Source of the DNA: Candidatus Schekmanbacteria bacterium
Lineage (GTDB): Bacteria > CSSED10-310 > JACPHN01
Length of the DNA stretch: 64,000 bases
Reading direction: 5' to 3'
NCBI GenBank assembly: GCA_016188575.1
Contig: JACPHN010000012.1
Span: 8,197-72,196, forward strand
In this document: positions 59,376-64,000 of the stretch, one piece after another
Position numbering within the stretch: position 1 is the first letter of the stretch
Layout of the letters: every line of letters starts with the position of its first letter
Made by a program: the position numbers and the translations under genes
The notes under the pieces: generated by a model
Told to the model about the DNA's origin: nothing
Seen by the model: the letters and a program-made list of their open reading frames with translations, nothing else
The model's database searches: none

Positions 59376-59918
59376 TCATTCGACCTCCGAGTCGTCGGCG
59401 AAACCCCGAGCGGTGCCCGCGAAGTGCTCGCCCCTGGCGAGCTGCCGCGTGGGAGCATCATCTTCGGCCTGGCGGATCTCCTCCAGGGAGGCGGTTCGGT
59501 ATCCGCCGGCCGCTGAATCCCGCAGAAAGGAGGCCGAAAGGGGGTACTCGGCGATCATCTCGCCGCGTTCGTCCTCGAGCCGGACGCGGAAGTTGAAGTG
59601 GCGAACGGGCCGATCTCGCCTCTCGATCTCGGCGTGGATGGTTACGGCGCCCATCGAGTCGACGCGCTCGGTAAGGATGGGCGTTGCGGATTCTTCCGCC
59701 CGATCGCCTCTGGGCAGTAGCACGACTTGCACGATCCTGTCGGACGAGGAGGTCAGAACAAGCTCGAGAGCAGTAGAGCCTCCTACATCTTCGATGCTTG
59801 AAAGCGTGACGTCTACCTCCGGCCGAGGCGAGCTTGCGGAGGCAGTGGTGAAGGTCAATAGAGCGGTGGCGGCCACGACCGAGAGCATGAGCGTGTAGGT
59901 GCGAGCAAATACGGACAT
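59376..59918 (-). CDS. secreted hypothetical protein
   Basis: ATG 59916-59918 with GGAGG 8 nt upstream. Signal peptide MSVFARTYTLMLSVVAATALLTFTTASA. Confidence 0.45.
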   Translation of the reverse strand: MSVFARTYTLMLSVVAATALLTFTTASASSPRPEVDVTLSSIEDVGGSTALELVLTSSSDRIVQVVLLPRGDRAEESATPILTERVDSMGAVTIHAEIERRDRPVRHFNFRVRLEDERGEMIAEYPLSASFLRDSAAGGYRTASLEEIRQAEDDAPTRQLARGEHFAGTARGFADDSEVE

Positions 59919-60346
59919 TTCGAAACCTCCGATGCGTGTAAACGCAGTTTGCATAGTTGCCCCATGCTGGAGCAATCGACGTGCCAAAGGCGGTGGCCAG
60001 GGTCGGGAGTGCCCGTGCCCGCGGCTCCGGCTCGTATTTTTCCGCACCGGTACGCGATCGGATCTCGACATGATCGTGGCTCACTTCGGACCGCGGTGCT
60101 CGACCTGCGCTCGTGCGAGGTTTGCGGCAAGCCCACGCTTTCGCGGCCAACACCGGGTTTTGGCTGCGAAAGCATGTCGGCAACACCACGCCCTGTTCGG
60201 GCCACCGATTCATCCGCCCCGTGGCGCGGCGACCGCCGAGCCGCCACGTTGCCACGCCGGGCCGGCTCGCGGTACAGTTCGAGCCGTGCGAGCTCTCGCT
60301 CGACCTCGTTTTCTACCCACAGCTTGCTGAGCCCCGGATCCCATGA

Positions 60347-63300
60347 TTGACGACCGCGAATGGCTCGACGATGCACCAGAGCAGTTGGGGGCATATCGCC
60401 TGGCCGAAGTGGTGGGGGAAGGCGGAATGGGGCGGGTGTACCGGGCCTTTCGGGTTGGCGACGCGAGCCCGGCCGCCATCAAGATGCTGCGTGCCCCCAA
60501 CAAGGCCATCGAGGCGACGATCCGGCGCGAAATTCACGCGCTGCAGCGGCTGGCGCATCCCGGCATTGTCCGGATCTTCGATTCGGGCAGCTATCGCGGT
60601 GCGCCGTGGTTTGCCATGGACCTGATCGAAGGCGAAAACCTTCGAGACTGGGTACAAGCGCGCTGGGACCCGAGACACGCGAATCTTTCGGATGAGCTGA
60701 CGGCAACGGCGCCGGCGGTGACACGGAGCGCCCGCGAGGTGGAGACCGGCGTCGCCGAAGGCTTCATCCCCCAGGCGAGGTCGCGGCTCCGCCCTCGGGC
60801 CTCGCTTACGGCGCTCCGCGACGTCTTGACGCTGTTTGCCGGACTCTGCGAGTCACTGGCCTATCTTCATGGGGAGGGCGTAGTCCACCGTGACCTGAAA
60901 CCGGGGAACGTCCTCGTGTCGCCCCATGGCCGCCCGATAATCGTCGATTTCGGTATCTCGATGGGCTTTGGCGGGGCCGACAACCGCGAGGAGCTCACCG
61001 TCGACCTGCAGCCGCGTGGCACGATCGCCTATATGGCTCCCGAGCAGATTCGAGGCGAGCTTCTCGACGCGCGCGCGGATCTCTATGCGCTCGGCTGTAT
61101 GCTGTACGAAGCCGCGACGGGATCTCTCCCTTTCCGCGGCAACTTTCCGGCGCTCCTGGCGGCTCACCTGCGCAAGGAACCCCTGCTGCCGTCCGCGATC
61201 GTGCCCGCGCTGCCGGCGGAGCTCGACGGGCTGATTGGAAACCTCCTCGCCAAGGACCCTCGCCAGCGGTTGGGATACGCGCGGGACGTCGCCCGGGTGT
61301 TGGAAGCGCTCGGCGCCCGATGGAGGCCTTCCGCGAATGCCCCCCGCGCGCGGTCATACCTTTACCGGGCCAGGTTTCACGGCCGCGAAGCGGAGCTCGA
61401 GGAGCTCCTGCGGAGCGCTCGTCGAGTTGCCGAGCGAGACGGGGCAGGACAGGTCGTGCTCCTGCGGGGCGAGAGTGGGATCGGGAAAACCCGTCTGCTT
61501 CAGGAGCTCGTTCGAAAGGTGAGCCCGCGCATGATTGTGCTCGGCGACCGGACTCGAGCACCACATGCTGGTATGGCGTCCGCCGAGGAGCCAGGGGGGC
61601 TCCCCCTGCAACCGCTTGAACACCTCTTCGAGCACGTTGCCCAGCTTTGCGAGCAACTGGGATCGGAGGGCACCGCGCGTCTGTTGCAGGACAGTGGCCC
61701 GCTGCTCTCGGCATACGCTCCCCCCCTCAGGCTGTTACCGGGAATCGATCCGCTGGCGCCGATCGTCCCGCTGCCGCCGGAGGCGTCGCGATTGCGCCTT
61801 TTCTTCGCGCTGCGCCAGCTTCTTGGTGCCGTGGCGCGTGAGGGGCCGATCGTCCTGATCCTCGATGACGCCCAATGGCTCGACGAGCTGACGGCCGGTT
61901 TCCTGGTTTTTCTGGCGGACTCTTCCGGTGGGGATTATCCGGCAACGATGGTCCTGGCGGCTTACCGTAGCGAGGAAGAAACCGCCCATTTGCGGCGGGT
62001 GCGCCAGACCTCCGGTCTACGAGCTATTTCTCTCCGAGGTCTCTCCGTGCGGGAATTCGGCCTCGTGGCAATCGACATGCTCGCTCTGGATGAGGAGCCG
62101 GAGAAGTTTGTGCGATTTCTCGAGGAAGTGGCCGAGGGCAACCCTTTTTTCGCGGCCGAGTACCTGCGGGCGGCCGTCGATGAAGGCGTGCTGTATCGCG
62201 ATGCGTTGGGCCGCTGGAGGCTGGCGGCTGGCCCCGGTACCGCGGCGGACCCGACCTACGCGTCGCTTCGGCTCCCGCATGGACTGAAGGATCTGCTGCA
62301 GCGCCGAATCGCTCGCTTCTCCGCTGCGGTGCGCGCGGTCCTGGAGATGGCGGCCGTCGTCGGCCCGACCGTGGAGCTCTCGCTGCTGTCCGCGCTGGCT
62401 GGCGCGGAACACGCGGACCTCTACGGCGCGCTCGATTCGCTGATCACCGGGGCGGTGCTCGAGGAAACGGCGATCGCGGGGACACTGAGCTTCGTTCACG
62501 ACAAGCTGCGGGAGGCGGCCTGTGTGGAGATCCCGGATGAGCGAAGACGAGTGCTTCATCTCCGCGTCGCCGTGCAGCTGCGAGACCGCGGCGACGGCGA
62601 GACCGTGGACTGGGGACAACTGGCGCGGCACTGGGATCAAGGGGAAGCACGAGCAGAAGCCGTGGCGGCGTACCAGAAGGCGGCAGAACGCGCGCGAGAC
62701 GCGGCGGCGGTCAAGGAGGCGACCCAGTATTGCACGCGGGCACTGGCGCTGTGCAGCGACGAGGATCGGTCTGCAGAGGCGCGGATTCTCCAGCTCCGGG
62801 GCACCATTCTCGATTTTGCCGGAGATTCGGCGGCGGCGGTTACCGATCTCGACGCCGCGGCGCGGCTGTTCGCCGTGACGCGCGACACCCCGGCCCGCTC
62901 GGCGTGTCTTCTCTTGATGGCGGCCGCGCAGTTGCGGCAGGGTGCCTTTCAGGACGTTCTGGAAACACTGAGGGGGGATGGACCAGATGGGGTCGGCCCC
63001 ACAGTCCCGGCCTCCGAGGTCGAGGCATCGCACATCGTTCTGATCGGGGCCGCTCAATGGCGCCTGGGCAACGTGATCGCGGCCGAGAACAATCTCAGGC
63101 GCGCCATTGATTCCGCGCGGCGGTCCGGCGCCGAAAAAGCGCTCGCGAATGGGTTGCAGTACCTCGTTCTGATGCTGCATGAGCAGGGACGCATGGAGGA
63201 GGGGAGAGCGCCGTCCGAGGAGCTCCTGGCGCTCGTTGCACGGCTAGGGGAGCCGCGAGAATGCGCCCGCGCTCTTTCGAACGCCGCCGTGCTTCACATT

Positions 63301-64000
63301 CGGCTCGGGAGATTCGACACGGCCCGAGCCCTGCTCGAGCGATCGCTGGACATTCTTCGATCCATCGGAGACCGGCCGGGCGTTGCCATGACGCTCGGAA
63401 ATCTCGGTGGGCTGCATCTCGAAACGGGCGACTTGGAGAAGGCGCTGCAGGCGCTCGAGCAGGCGGCGGAAGCGAGCCGAACCATTGGCGATCGCCCTGG
63501 CATGCTGCGGCATCTGCTGAACAAGTGCAACATCCTGCGCGACCTCGGGAAGCTCGGCGAGGCGCTCGAAGGCGTCCGGCGCGTGGTGCAGGAGCACCTC
63601 GACACGCGCAATGAACGAGATTTGCCGCTGTCTCTATACCTTCGCGGCGCCGTTCTCGCGGATTGCGGCGCGTTCCTGGAGGCGCGCCGAGACCTCCAGG
63701 AGGCGGCCGCCGCCTATGCGGGCTTCGATGCCAGATACGGGGAGGCGGAATGTGCAGAAAAGCTCGGCGAGATTGCCCACTTCCGGGGAGACGCCGAGGA
63801 AGCGCGGCGGCTGTGGAAACAGGCGCTGGACCTGGCGCGGCGAACTGGATATCGCTCGGTGGAGCTGGTCGCTCGCGGACGACTTTGTGCCGGCCGAGCC
63901 GCCTCCGGCGAGGCGTGCGAGCCCGAGATGGTGGCGCTCGACGCCGCGGCCAGAAGCGAGGACGAAGACACTATCCTCGAGGTCTGCATCGTCTTGGGCG
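60347..64000 (+). CDS. Ser/Thr protein kinase - AAA/STAND NTPase - TPR repeat fusion (continues past window end)
   Basis: VHRDLKPGNVLV, DFGIS, GTIAYMAPEQ. Walker A LLRGESGIGKTRL. Long TPR-like C-terminus. Open to the window end. Confidence 0.8.

Overview
This is a high-GC bacterial chromosomal segment. The gene content (Ser/Thr-kinase/STAND fusions at both edges, many FHA proteins, secreted S8 proteases, a Tad-like locus) suggests a Myxococcota-type genome; that assignment is inference from composition and content only. About 50 protein-coding genes are supported. No rRNA, tRNA or CRISPR array was found.

Landmarks:
- dnaA (35581-37049, minus strand) with no adjacent dnaN, so the window lies at or near the replication origin.
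- rsgA split by an apparent 1-nt frameshift, preceded by a perfect consensus sigma70 promoter and a 19-codon leader ORF flanked by two hairpins.
- A ~14-kb minus-strand Tad/Flp-type pilus/secretion locus: two tandem flp prepilins, tadE, tadG, a pseudopilin, cpaB, the cpaC secretin, a single-polypeptide CpaE(TadZ)-CpaF(TadA) fused ATPase, tadB and tadC. With gaps of 7-37 bp it runs straight into three paralogous FHA-domain membrane proteins, then a DUF192 protein, a TPR lipoprotein, a CtpA protease, a family-5 SBP-like protein and an NtrY-like histidine kinase.
- A putative TetR-controlled operon (TPP-dependent enzyme, epimerase-SDR fusion, multi-TM ArnT-like protein) with a perfect 16-bp palindrome in its promoter region.
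- A secreted-protease island: two S8 peptidases and a lower-GC zinc metalloprotease.
- A ~140-bp dispersed repeat family present three times (about 7.2, 32.0 and 41.9 kb) plus a hairpin-core-only copy at 55.3 kb.

The most system-like candidate for something new is the Tad-like machine hard-wired to an FHA-protein triplet (phospho-threonine readers) plus a sensor kinase, in a genome rich in Ser/Thr kinases.
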